From: Patescibacteria group bacterium
Lineage (GTDB): Bacteria; Patescibacteriota; Patescibacteriia; UBA9570; JAHJKD01
Direction: 5' to 3'
Assembly (NCBI GenBank): GCA_043798935.1
Contig: JAZDOC010000022.1
Span: forward strand, 15,299-79,298
Length of the DNA stretch: 64,000 bases
The notes beneath the pieces are model-generated. The model searched no databases and was not told the DNA's origin. It saw only the letters and a list, made by a program, of their open reading frames with translations. Below, in pieces: positions 9,520-18,201 of the stretch; position 1 is the stretch's first letter, and each line of letters starts with the position of its first letter. A program made the translations under genes and the position numbers.

Positions 9520-10601
9520 AAGTTTTTAATTAGTTCGTTTAAAAATAAATTATTAGTTTTTTTATCACGTACAGTGACACGGATTGAGTTTTTTATTTGG
9601 CTATTTCTATCACGGACAATAATGCCTTTTTTGGCTAATTTTTTGATTACGGGCTTTGAATTTTTATCTAACTGAATGAGTAAGAAATTGGCTTGAGAAT
9701 CGGCAAATTTAATATTATTGTTTAGTAGTATATTTTTTATGCGCTCTCTTTCTGATATCGTCTGCTTGATTGTTTTATAAATATTTTCTAGATCTTTTTT
9801 TAAAACCATTTTAGCAAGTTCCATGGAAAAATAAGGTATACCCATGGGAAATCTAATGCCGTCTAATTTAGTGGCTAGTTCTTGATTTGTCAGAACATAA
9901 CCAACCCGAGCCGAGGCAATGCGAGCAAATTTAGAAAAGCTTTTTAAAATAATTAAATTATTATATTTATTGATTAATTTTTTAAAAGATTTTCCGTAAA
10001 ATTCACCGTAGGCTTCGTCCACGACCACTAAAGCATTAGCTTTTTTAATAATATTCTCTATTTTTTTTGGTTCAGAAATTGTCCCGGTTGGATTATTGGG
10101 ATTACAGATAAAAATTAATTTTACGTTTTTATTTTTAGATTTCGCGATAATTTTTTTGTCATCAATTTGCCAATTTTTATCTAAGGGAATATCTTGGACT
10201 TTCCCGCTGACCAATTCGGATTGGATTTTATAGACTGAATAAGTCGGGGAGGATATGATAAAGCGATCATTATAGTTTAAACAACATTTAGCGATAATAT
10301 CAATCATTTCATCGCCACTGTTTCCGCACACTACTTGATTAGTTTTGCAATTTTCATATTTAGCAATTAGTATTTTTAGCTTTTCATAATCAAAATCTAA
10401 ATATTCGTTAACATCGCGTTTTTTTGAAATAACTTTAATAAAATCATCATAACAATCCGGTGGTGAAGCGGGCGTATTATAATCTAGCCTAATAATTTGT
10501 GCGGGTTTGAGATTATTTTTTTTCGCAATTTGTTCGGTAGTGTCTTCCCATGTGTAGGGAATTAAATTTTGAATTGATTTTTTTAAATATTTATTTAACA
10601 T
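9507..10601 (-). CDS. hisC: Histidinol-phosphate aminotransferase
   Basis: GNSGDEMI, CNPNNPTG, VDEAYGEF, SFSK (PLP lysine), RVGY; position in operon. Confidence 0.92.
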   Translation of the reverse strand: MLNKYLKKSIQNLIPYTWEDTTEQIAKKNNLKPAQIIRLDYNTPASPPDCYDDFIKVISKKRDVNEYLDFDYEKLKILIAKYENCKTNQVVCGNSGDEMIDIIAKCCLNYNDRFIISSPTYSVYKIQSELVSGKVQDIPLDKNWQIDDKKIIAKSKNKNVKLIFICNPNNPTGTISEPKKIENIIKKANALVVVDEAYGEFYGKSFKKLINKYNNLIILKSFSKFARIASARVGYVLTNQELATKLDGIRFPMGIPYFSMELAKMVLKKDLENIYKTIKQTISERERIKNILLNNNIKFADSQANFLLIQLDKNSKPVIKKLAKKGIIVRDRNSQIKNSIRVTVRDKKTNNLFLNELIKNLWKK

Positions 10602-10606
10602 ATATT

Positions 10607-11728
10607 TTAATCATTTTTAAATCTAATTTTAATAGCTTCAGCGTGCTTTGGTAATCCTTCGGTCTCGGCTAATTTAATAATATAGTCTTTTAATCCAGAT
10701 AATCCTGGTTCAGACACTTTTTGAAATTCGACCATTTTGCCGAAATCTTCAACACTAAGTGCTGAATAAACTTTTGCCCAGCTTGAAGTGGGCAGGGTGT
10801 GGTTGGGGCCGGTAATATAGTCGCCGGCCGGAACCGGAGAATACGAACCGATAAACACAGAGCCGGCATTCACAATTTTCGCAATAACTTGTTTTTCATT
10901 TTTAACAATTATTTCCAGATGTTCGGGTGCAAGTTCATTAATTTTTTTTATACCGGCATTAATATTTTTAATTAATATTTTTTTGCCTATTTTTATTTTT
11001 TTATACAGATTTTGATTTGTAGTAATTAACCACGCTTTAGTATCAGGACCATGTTCAAGTTGCGATGCTAAATCAGCTTGAATGAATTTTGGATTCGCTG
11101 TTTCATCAGCCAAAATTGCAATTTCTGACGGACCAGCCGGCATGTCGATAGCGACATCTTGTGAAACCAGCATTTTAGCTTGCATAACATATTTATTTCC
11201 GGGACCAAAAATTTTTTGCACTCGCGGAACGCATTTTGTGCCATACGTCATGGCCGCGATTGCCTGGGCTCCACCAACTTGAAATATTTCCGTGATACCG
11301 ACGATGTCGGCCGCCACTAATATTGCATCGGAAATAGGCGGCGGTGAACATAATACAATTTTTGTGCAACCTGCAATTTTAGCGGGCACGCCCAGCATTA
11401 ATACAGTTGAAGGGTAAGTGGCCAGACCACCCGGAACATAAAGCCCAATTTTTTCTATGGGTCGAAATTCACGCCAACATTTAACCCCGGCTGATGTCTC
11501 GATAGTTCTTTCTTTTTTAATTAAAATATTTTCATTAAATTTATCGATATTTTTTTTGGCTATTTTTAAAGCCTCAATAAAATATGCATCAACATTTAAA
11601 TAAGCTGATTTAATTTGGCTCGGTGCCACTTTAATATTAGTTAATTTAATTTTATCAAACTTAAGTGTGTATTTTTTTATAGCTTTGTCGCCGTTTAATT
11701 TTACGTCTTGTATAATTTTAGTAATCAT
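10607..11728 (-). CDS. hisD: Histidinol dehydrogenase (compact form)
   Basis: GLYVPGG, GGAQAIAA, GPGNKYV, DMPAGPSE, QLEH, APEHLE, GPNHTLPT. Confidence 0.96.
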   Translation of the reverse strand: MITKIIQDVKLNGDKAIKKYTLKFDKIKLTNIKVAPSQIKSAYLNVDAYFIEALKIAKKNIDKFNENILIKKERTIETSAGVKCWREFRPIEKIGLYVPGGLATYPSTVLMLGVPAKIAGCTKIVLCSPPPISDAILVAADIVGITEIFQVGGAQAIAAMTYGTKCVPRVQKIFGPGNKYVMQAKMLVSQDVAIDMPAGPSEIAILADETANPKFIQADLASQLEHGPDTKAWLITTNQNLYKKIKIGKKILIKNINAGIKKINELAPEHLEIIVKNEKQVIAKIVNAGSVFIGSYSPVPAGDYITGPNHTLPTSSWAKVYSALSVEDFGKMVEFQKVSEPGLSGLKDYIIKLAETEGLPKHAEAIKIRFKND

Positions 11729-11729
11729 A

Positions 11730-12593
11730 TTATTTAATTATTTTTTCAATCGGCACGACCAGTATGCCTGAAGCGCCGGCTTTTTTTAGCTTTTCAATAA
11801 CTTCCCAAAAAACTTCTTCTTCAACTACTGAATGCAAGGCCACCATTGATGTGTCATTTAAAGCAACTATTGAAGGGCTATCTAATCCGGGAATTAATGA
11901 AACTATTTTTCTTAAATTTTTTACTGGTGCATTAAGCATGATGTATTTTGTCCGTCCAGCTTTCACCACACTTTTAATTCGCATTGTTAATCTGGCAATT
12001 TGTTGCTCTTTCCATTTATTACGTAAAGAATTTTTATCAGCAATCAAAACAGCTTGAGAATTAAAAATTTTAAAACAAGAACTTAGGCCGTTATTAGCTA
12101 AAGTGTTGCCGCTGGAAACAATGTCGCAAATGCAATCAGCTACTTTAGCTGACGGTGCAATTTCTACTGAACCCGATAATTTAATAATTTCAGCTTTAAT
12201 TTTATTTTGTTTTAAAAAATTATTTAAGCAATTAGTATAAGTGGTTGCGATTTTTAGATTATTTATTTTATTTACATTATCTATTTTTTTATTTTTTGGA
12301 CACGCAATATTCAACGAACAAAAGCCAAAATTAAGTTCAGTTAAAATTTTTACATCTACTTGTTTTTCAAATATCACATCTTGGCCCACAATACCCATAT
12401 CTACAGTTCCATCGGCCACATACTCGGGAATATCGTCATCGCGAATAAATAAAATTTCCAGCGGAAAATTCCGACAGCGCGAACAGAGTTTGCGTTTATA
12501 AATTTCAAACTCAAGGCCAGCTTGTTTTAGAAGCTCTAAACTTTTTTCCGACAAACGGCCTTTTTGTTGAATTGCAATTTTTAATGTTTTCAT
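11730..12593 (-). CDS. hisG: ATP phosphoribosyltransferase, long form
   Basis: KGRL, RDDDIPEYV, GIVGQD, IAT.Y, GSVEIAP, DIVSSGNTL and C-terminal regulatory domain ending GASGILVVPIEK. Confidence 0.96.
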   Translation of the reverse strand: MKTLKIAIQQKGRLSEKSLELLKQAGLEFEIYKRKLCSRCRNFPLEILFIRDDDIPEYVADGTVDMGIVGQDVIFEKQVDVKILTELNFGFCSLNIACPKNKKIDNVNKINNLKIATTYTNCLNNFLKQNKIKAEIIKLSGSVEIAPSAKVADCICDIVSSGNTLANNGLSSCFKIFNSQAVLIADKNSLRNKWKEQQIARLTMRIKSVVKAGRTKYIMLNAPVKNLRKIVSLIPGLDSPSIVALNDTSMVALHSVVEEEVFWEVIEKLKKAGASGILVVPIEKIIK

Positions 12594-12609
12594 AATATTT
12601 GTAAATAAT

Positions 12610-12635
12610 AAAAAAAATACCCCATGAAAGGGGTA
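12610..12635 (-). terminator. his attenuator terminator (segments 3:4)
   Basis: Minus strand TACCCC-TTTCAT-GGGGTA followed by T8, 17 nt before the hisG ATG. Confidence 0.88.
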
Positions 12636-12673
12636 ATGTTATTGAAACTTATTTTAGTTTAATATATTAAAAA

Positions 12674-12733
12674 TCACCCCTTTCGATAGAAATGGTGATG
12701 ATGATGTAAAACTGAAGTTAATAATTTAATCAT
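12674..12733 (-). CDS. hisL: his operon leader peptide MIKLLTSVLHHHHHFYRKG
   Basis: ATG ATT AAA TTA TTA ACT TCA GTT TTA CAT CAT CAT CAC CAT TTC TAT CGA AAG GGG TGA, overlapping the attenuator stems. Confidence 0.92.
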   Translation of the reverse strand: MIKLLTSVLHHHHHFYRKG

Positions 12734-12843
12734 ATTTTTTTTACAGATTATTTTATAATAATCTTTTATGTTAGCGCATTAATATAGTGCGAGAAGCATT
12801 TCTATATTAATACGTTAACACAGAAAGTTACTATAACTTAAGC

Positions 12844-12872
12844 ATAATAGTCTATATTTATCGACTTGTCAA
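12844..12872 (-). promoter_or_regulatory. Sigma-70-type promoter of the his leader
   Basis: Minus strand TTGACA-17 nt-TATTAT. Confidence 0.65.
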
Positions 12873-12887
12873 ATTTGCGATTATTAT

Positions 12888-12950
12888 AGCCCTGCCCTTT
12901 ATGGGTGTGGGCTTATAATTAAATATTAATATAATACCAAATTATTCATT
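12888..12950 (-). repeat. Family A repeat, copy 3 (half element, inverted)
   Basis: Reverse complement aatgaataatttggtattatattaatatttaattataagcccacacccataaagggcagggct matches 5672-5733. Confidence 0.85.
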
Positions 12951-13045
12951 AGTTTTGCTCTACATTGTTTATTATAGAGCCTATTATTCTTGCCTGTATT
13001 CAAGTTTTACTATATAATAAACTCATTATTATTAATGTTAAAAAA

Positions 13046-13267
13046 ATGAAAAAAGTATTATTTTTAGGAGCCGCTTTGTTATTATTAGCCGGCTGTGCTA
13101 CAACCGATTCGAGCGATACAAACACCAATGCTACTGCAAACACTAATTCAGCTGCTACTGTTTCTACAGATGTAAACGTAGGTGAAGAAGGTGCAGCAGT
13201 TGGTGCCAGTATAACTATTGGTGGTAATACCAACACTGTAGAAACCAACACAAACGTAGAAGACTAA
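13046..13267 (+). CDS. Small N/T-rich lipoprotein (73 aa)
   Basis: MKKVLFLGAALLLLAGC lipobox; start moved to the ATG at 13046. Confidence 0.75.
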   Translation: MKKVLFLGAALLLLAGCATTDSSDTNTNATANTNSAATVSTDVNVGEEGAAVGASITIGGNTNTVETNTNVED

Positions 13268-13290
13268 ATTTACAACCAGAAAAACTTCAT

Positions 13291-13328
13291 AAATAAGGCT
13301 TTAATACAGATATTAAAGCCTTATTTTT
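13291..13328 (+). terminator. Intrinsic terminator
   Basis: aaataaggctttaata-caga-tattaaagccttattttt perfect stem. Confidence 0.8.
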
Positions 13329-13396
13329 ATATTTGTAATAATTTAATTTTTAATAAAATTTGTTAAAATTAAAGTTTTAGATTATATTGTAGGCAA

Positions 13397-14348
13397 ATGA
13401 AATCACTAGGGCAAAAAAAATCGCATTAATTTATGCCGGTGGCGCCGAGTTTGCGCTCGGTTTTAACGAAACGCTTTTAAAAAGTGGATTGATAATTTTT
13501 TTGAATTCCAGATGATGGCTGAAGTCGAGCCGTTTTTTGTGTTTCATGGCGCGGGTAGTGATGTAAGTTGGTCTTTAGCATCTAACATTGCCAAAGTAAT
13601 AAAAGAGCAACATGAAAATTATGATGGGTTTATAATTACCCACAGCCTGGATAATATAGTTTATACCAGTTCACTTTTGTCATTCATGATTCAAAATTCG
13701 ACTAAGCCTATTATTTTTACAGCTTCGGTTATTCCCGATGAAACAGCTAAAGAATTCATATCGCCACGCCAAGGCATGTATTTCGGAGAATTTGAAACAC
13801 TTAATTTGCGGGCCGGTTTAATAAATACGGTGCAAATTGCCACCATGGATATTGCTGAAATCGGCATTGTAATCGGTAATCATTTAATGCGCGCCGTGCA
13901 ATTTGAACCCAAATGGCTGGCGTATAATGGTTGCATCGATGCAGAAAGAAAAAGTTTTTTAGCCAAAATTCAGTTTGGAATTCATTTAGCTTCTCATGCT
14001 ACCAAACGGTCGAAAGGCACACCTGATTTTAATCTCAAGTATAACGGGCGTATCAAAGCTGTAAGTGTTTATCCGGACGCAACGCTATCTAATGATTTTA
14101 ATGACATAGACGGCATATTTATTATTGCCGGGCAAGAACAATTAGTTCCGAGCTCTTGGCAGCTACCTGCAAATATTCCAATTTGTGCGTATTCAACCGG
14201 TAATAACAAAAAATTCAATAATATTATTACTTGCGATTCCATGGTTACGGAAGCGGCTATTTCTAAATTTGTTTGGACACTGGGGCAGAGTAAAAATATA
14301 AAAGAAATTAAGAAAATAATGTCTAAAAATATCGTCGGTGAATATTGA
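13397..14348 (+). pseudogene. Asparaginase/glutaminase-fold protein with substituted catalytic motifs; 5' end split over three frames
   Basis: YDGFIITHSLDNIVYTSSLLSF and KPIIFTAS resemble the GxVxxHGTDT / KPVVLTGS motifs; N-terminal KKIALIYAGG lies in another frame (13414-13443), and the ATG at 13397 in a third. Confidence 0.6.
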
Positions 14349-14350
14349 TT

Positions 14351-14974
14351 ATGATTATTTATCTATTTGATCAACAAAAAACCGCCCTGTCTGATTTTTT
14401 AAATCAGAGCGATATTGAGTTGCGGCAAAAATCGCAAGACTCGGGAAATATTGAAACCTGGGATCAAATGGGTATGAATCCGCTCGAGCGCATTGATGCC
14501 ATGATTTTAGAAATTACTGAAACTAATTCGCAGATAAATTATTTATTGGCGCAAGCAATATTACTTCATAAAAATACTTTGTGTCTGTATCGAAAAAATA
14601 ATCCACCCCGGCAGTTATTATTATATTTAAAGAAGAAAAACGTACCACGTTGCTTGCAAGTAAAAGCATATAGCGAAGCGGCATTAAAAGATTTATTTTT
14701 AAAATTTGTTAAAAATATTAAACCCCATATTCAGATTGCCGAGACTCCGCATATTAAATATACTCTGCGTATGACAGAAAATATTGAAAAATATTTAAAC
14801 TGGAAAAGCAAACAAGCCAAATTAAATAAGGCCGATTTCATTCGTGATGAAATTAATCGCATGGCCGAAGCAGATGAAGAATATAATAAGTGGTTAAAAA
14901 TATTAAATGATTCATTTGACAGAAATTTTATTTTTGATAAAATGTTTTTGAAAATAGAGGCGTCACTTTTTTAG
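14351..14974 (+). CDS. Hypothetical protein; alpha/beta N-terminal domain plus probable C-terminal ribbon-helix-helix
   Basis: IDAMILEITET..QINYLLAQAI...KNTLCLY resembles nucleoside-deoxyribosyltransferase-like folds; KYTLRM..NIEKYLNWKSKQAKLNKADFIRDEI has an RHH pattern. Confidence 0.55.
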   Translation: MIIYLFDQQKTALSDFLNQSDIELRQKSQDSGNIETWDQMGMNPLERIDAMILEITETNSQINYLLAQAILLHKNTLCLYRKNNPPRQLLLYLKKKNVPRCLQVKAYSEAALKDLFLKFVKNIKPHIQIAETPHIKYTLRMTENIEKYLNWKSKQAKLNKADFIRDEINRMAEADEEYNKWLKILNDSFDRNFIFDKMFLKIEASLF

Positions 14975-14993
14975 AGGCGTCTCTATTTTTTTT
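14951..14993 (+). terminator. Intrinsic terminator
   Basis: aaaatagaggcgtc...ggcgtctctatttt stem (G-U pairs) followed by a T run. Confidence 0.6.
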
Positions 14994-15214
14994 AAACAGG
15001 TCATGAAAATTGTTTCTGACCAAATAAATCAAGGATTTTTGTGGCGGAACGTATAGGGAGCCGTCGCAAAAAACCTGTTGACAACTTAATGCCAAGGCCG
15101 TATATGCTTCTCTGTGGAAAGAAGAGCGCCCTCTATTTTTCACTATTTAATTAACACGGCTTTGGTTAACAACAACAAATTTAAATATAATTATTAAAAA
15201 TTAACATTCAAATT

Positions 15215-15622
15215 ATGGATTTGAATCAAGCGACTCTTATCGGGAATGTGGCACGTGACCCCGAAACAAAGACTTTAACCTCGGGCCAAAAAGTGACCAA
15301 GGCAACTTTAGCTACAAATTATGCCTGGAAAGACAAACAAACCGGTGAAAAAAAATCAAAAGCTGATTTTCACACCGTTGTGGGCTGGAATGGAATTGGT
15401 CAAAACATGGCTGATTATTTAAAAAAAGGCGACAAAGTATACTTTGCCGGAAGAATTAATAATTCCTCGTGGGAAGGCAAAGATGGACAGAAAAAGTATT
15501 ATACCGACATTATCGCCAGCAAAATGATTATGTTAGGTCATGCTAGCAAAAAAGAAGAAGTTGAAGACAAAGTTCAGGAAACACAAATTGTGGAAGAGGA
15601 TAATGGGGAGAATCCTTTTTAA
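15215..15622 (+). CDS. ssb: Single-stranded DNA-binding protein
   Basis: MDLNQATLIGNVARDPE, LATN, FHTVVGW, YLKKGDKVY..GRI, acidic tail ending NPF. Confidence 0.93.
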   Translation: MDLNQATLIGNVARDPETKTLTSGQKVTKATLATNYAWKDKQTGEKKSKADFHTVVGWNGIGQNMADYLKKGDKVYFAGRINNSSWEGKDGQKKYYTDIIASKMIMLGHASKKEEVEDKVQETQIVEEDNGENPF

Positions 15623-15676
15623 CAAATATTAGTGTAGAGAAGCGCCATGGTTGTTGTACTATAGAAACACCTACAT

Positions 15677-15710
15677 AATGTAGAGACGCGCCATGGCGCG
15701 TCTCTACATT
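15677..15710. repeat. GTAG-type REP palindrome (family B)
   Basis: Perfect 34-bp palindrome aatgtagagacgcgccatggcgcgtctctacatt; 30-bp core identical at 20682-20711; degenerate half copy at ~15633. Confidence 0.88.
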
Positions 15711-15750
15711 TTCACAAAAACACGAATTTTAACAATTACAACAACGGGTT

Positions 15751-15779
15751 TTGACACTATTATTTTTAAATAATATAAT
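15751..15779 (+). promoter_or_regulatory. Consensus sigma-70 promoter, near-leaderless transcript
   Basis: TTGACA-17 nt-TATAAT, 9 nt before the ATG at 15789. Confidence 0.8.
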
Positions 15780-15788
15780 AACATTCCT

Positions 15789-16136
15789 ATGACCAAACAA
15801 GACAAAATATTACACATTTTGGAACAGCATTCTAAAATGTTTAAAAAAAACGATTTAAGTTTTAAAAAAATTGATTCAAAGTTCGATAAAATAGACATTA
15901 AATTTCGCGGTATTGATAATAAGCTTGATATTCACATGGCACAAATAATAAAAAATACTGAAGATATAGATTGGATTAAAAAAAATATGGTTACCAAAGC
16001 CGACCATCAAGATGTTTTGAATATATTAGATAGTATCTCCACAACTGTTAATATAATCAGGCAAGATCATTACTCGGCGATTGAATGGTTAAAGCGACAT
16101 GAATTAAGAATAACTAACATCGAATCAAAAATCTAA
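15789..16136 (+). CDS. Small coiled-coil hypothetical protein
   Basis: Heptad repeats FKKNDLS-FKKIDSK-FDKIDIK-FRGIDNK; own promoter. Confidence 0.7.
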   Translation: MTKQDKILHILEQHSKMFKKNDLSFKKIDSKFDKIDIKFRGIDNKLDIHMAQIIKNTEDIDWIKKNMVTKADHQDVLNILDSISTTVNIIRQDHYSAIEWLKRHELRITNIESKI

Positions 16137-16294
16137 AAATTGTTATCCCCAGACGGCGCTAGCAGAATTTAATTTGCTAATTTAAAGCAAAAAATAATAT
16201 CAAAACAGAGACGGCTCTGCTTTGACGACGGCTAGGTAAAGATCTATGATTTTAATATAGAAAATATAATTTAATAATAATTTTAAAAAACAAT

Positions 16295-17518
16295 ATGAAA
16301 AAAATATTATTTGCCATAATGTTTTTAATTCTTCCTGTGTTAGTTTCAGCAGAGTTTGATTTTAATCAAGATGCATATGAATTTGGCGATTACTCTGTTG
16401 TTAGCGAATTGGTTCAATTTAATAATTCTGAAACCGTATATTATTTAGCCAAGATTGAAATCAGCGGAGTAGTTTATTATGATTTATTAAAATATAATTC
16501 AAAATATACCGAACCAAAAAAAGTGCATCGTTTTAGCAATAAAGATTTTGATATCAGCAATAAAACAGGCACAACTAGCGGTTTTGAAATAAAAAAAATA
16601 AATAACAAATTATATATTTTTAATAAAGCATTTAATTTTCGAAATAATAAAAAAACAGTTTATTCTTTAAATAAAAAAAATAATCTTAAAAAACGAGCTA
16701 TTAAAACAAATTTCAGTAAACGTTCTTTTATTAGCAACTCATTTAAATTTAATAAAGAATTATTTATTGTTTTCTTCTCTTTAACCAATGAAGCTCATAA
16801 ATATAATTTACATATTTATAAAACCAAGGACGGAATTACATGGGAACATTTAGAACCGCAGGTTTTTAAAAAAACAACTGGCTATTCTGTTATCTCAAAA
16901 AAGATTGGATCATCATTATTTTTTCAAATTGTCGAAGATGCTGATAATTTATATTTATATCAAAACAACGATTTTGTGAAATTGGCAGATGATACTAAAC
17001 TAGAAAAAAGTTTTGCATGGACTGAAGTTTTTAACACAAATACACCAGTAGTAGTTAAAAGTGGTTATAAGTTAAAATATTATCAAAATAACGCATGGAA
17101 CGATACAATTCAAAATAAAATAAACGAAGTTAATGCTAACAATAAAATGGTAGTAGCTGCGAGCAGAAAAGATGACTCTTGGGTTGTGTCCACAAATTTA
17201 AAAAATTTTTATAAAAAAGAATTAAATAAAGAACAGTTAGAAAAATTATACATAGATGATATTAATTATATTCTTGAAATTAGAAAGTTCAATAATAAAA
17301 TAGGCTTATTTACAAACTTAAAGGCATTATCCGATCATTATTCATATCCAAACTACAAGCATATATTTATAAGTGGAAATGGGAAAGATTGGAAATATAT
17401 TAGAGCCAAAACATATAATTTTGTGTCTTATAAAAATAAATTGATATTTCCAAATTATTTTCTTAATTATAATAATTTACAAAATATTGATATAAATTCA
17501 ACTAAAATTAATAAATAA
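16295..17518 (+). CDS. Secreted hypothetical protein, beta-rich (possible propeller with BNR-like motifs)
   Basis: Signal peptide MKKILFAIMFLILPVLVSA; TKDGITW and SGNGKDW motifs; very AT-rich. Confidence 0.6.
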   Translation: MKKILFAIMFLILPVLVSAEFDFNQDAYEFGDYSVVSELVQFNNSETVYYLAKIEISGVVYYDLLKYNSKYTEPKKVHRFSNKDFDISNKTGTTSGFEIKKINNKLYIFNKAFNFRNNKKTVYSLNKKNNLKKRAIKTNFSKRSFISNSFKFNKELFIVFFSLTNEAHKYNLHIYKTKDGITWEHLEPQVFKKTTGYSVISKKIGSSLFFQIVEDADNLYLYQNNDFVKLADDTKLEKSFAWTEVFNTNTPVVVKSGYKLKYYQNNAWNDTIQNKINEVNANNKMVVAASRKDDSWVVSTNLKNFYKKELNKEQLEKLYIDDINYILEIRKFNNKIGLFTNLKALSDHYSYPNYKHIFISGNGKDWKYIRAKTYNFVSYKNKLIFPNYFLNYNNLQNIDINSTKINK

Positions 17519-17544
17519 TCAAATTAAAATAATTAAAAACAATT

Positions 17545-18201
17545 ATGAAAAAAATTTTATTATTCACAACTGTTTTGGCACTAATGCTTACCGGTTGTGC
17601 AACAAATCAAAATCAAGCAGTTCAAAATCAACCTACTAACGTTGTTGCCGAACAAAGTAATGATACGGCCACTGTTAATACTAACACCGACGTTCAAGTG
17701 AAAGTCGTCGCTTCAGCTAGCGAAACCGATGCCACTTCTGACTGGCAAACTCATAGTAATGATAATTATGGATTTTCATTTAAAGCGCCAAGCGAATTTA
17801 TTATTGATGAAGAGAAAAAAGGTGACGGGTATTATTATAATTTAGAGGCTAACGATGAAGATATAAAAATTACAGCTCCAATATTTATAATTCTTAAAAA
17901 AGATAGCGAAGGATTAAATTTATCTGATTGGGCTAAAAAGAATGTAGATGTGAATAATAAATTAAGTTTTCCAGAATACAAAACCAAATCTGGCGTTAAC
18001 GGAATTTCTATGTCTGGCGCAACAGATCTAGCTGATTATGGAAACTACGCTTATTATTCTTATTTTTTCAAAAAAGGAAATTATATTTATGCAGTAGCGG
18101 CTGGTTCGCAAGATCATTCGTTTATTGAAAGTTATAATTACAACAATGATGAAATAATTAGTGCTATATTGAATAGTTTTGATTTTGTTGATGGTTTATA
18201 A
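17545..18201 (+). CDS. Lipoprotein with PsbP/DcrB-like domain
   Basis: LTGC lipobox; WQTHSNDNYGFSFKAP; ILNSFDF end; similar to 4395-5444. Confidence 0.7.
   Translation: MKKILLFTTVLALMLTGCATNQNQAVQNQPTNVVAEQSNDTATVNTNTDVQVKVVASASETDATSDWQTHSNDNYGFSFKAPSEFIIDEEKKGDGYYYNLEANDEDIKITAPIFIILKKDSEGLNLSDWAKKNVDVNNKLSFPEYKTKSGVNGISMSGATDLADYGNYAYYSYFFKKGNYIYAVAAGSQDHSFIESYNYNNDEIISAILNSFDFVDGL

Noticed and set aside
12600-12840. T-box riboswitch upstream of hisG
   Set aside because: No T-box consensus seen; leader peptide and stems fully explain the region.
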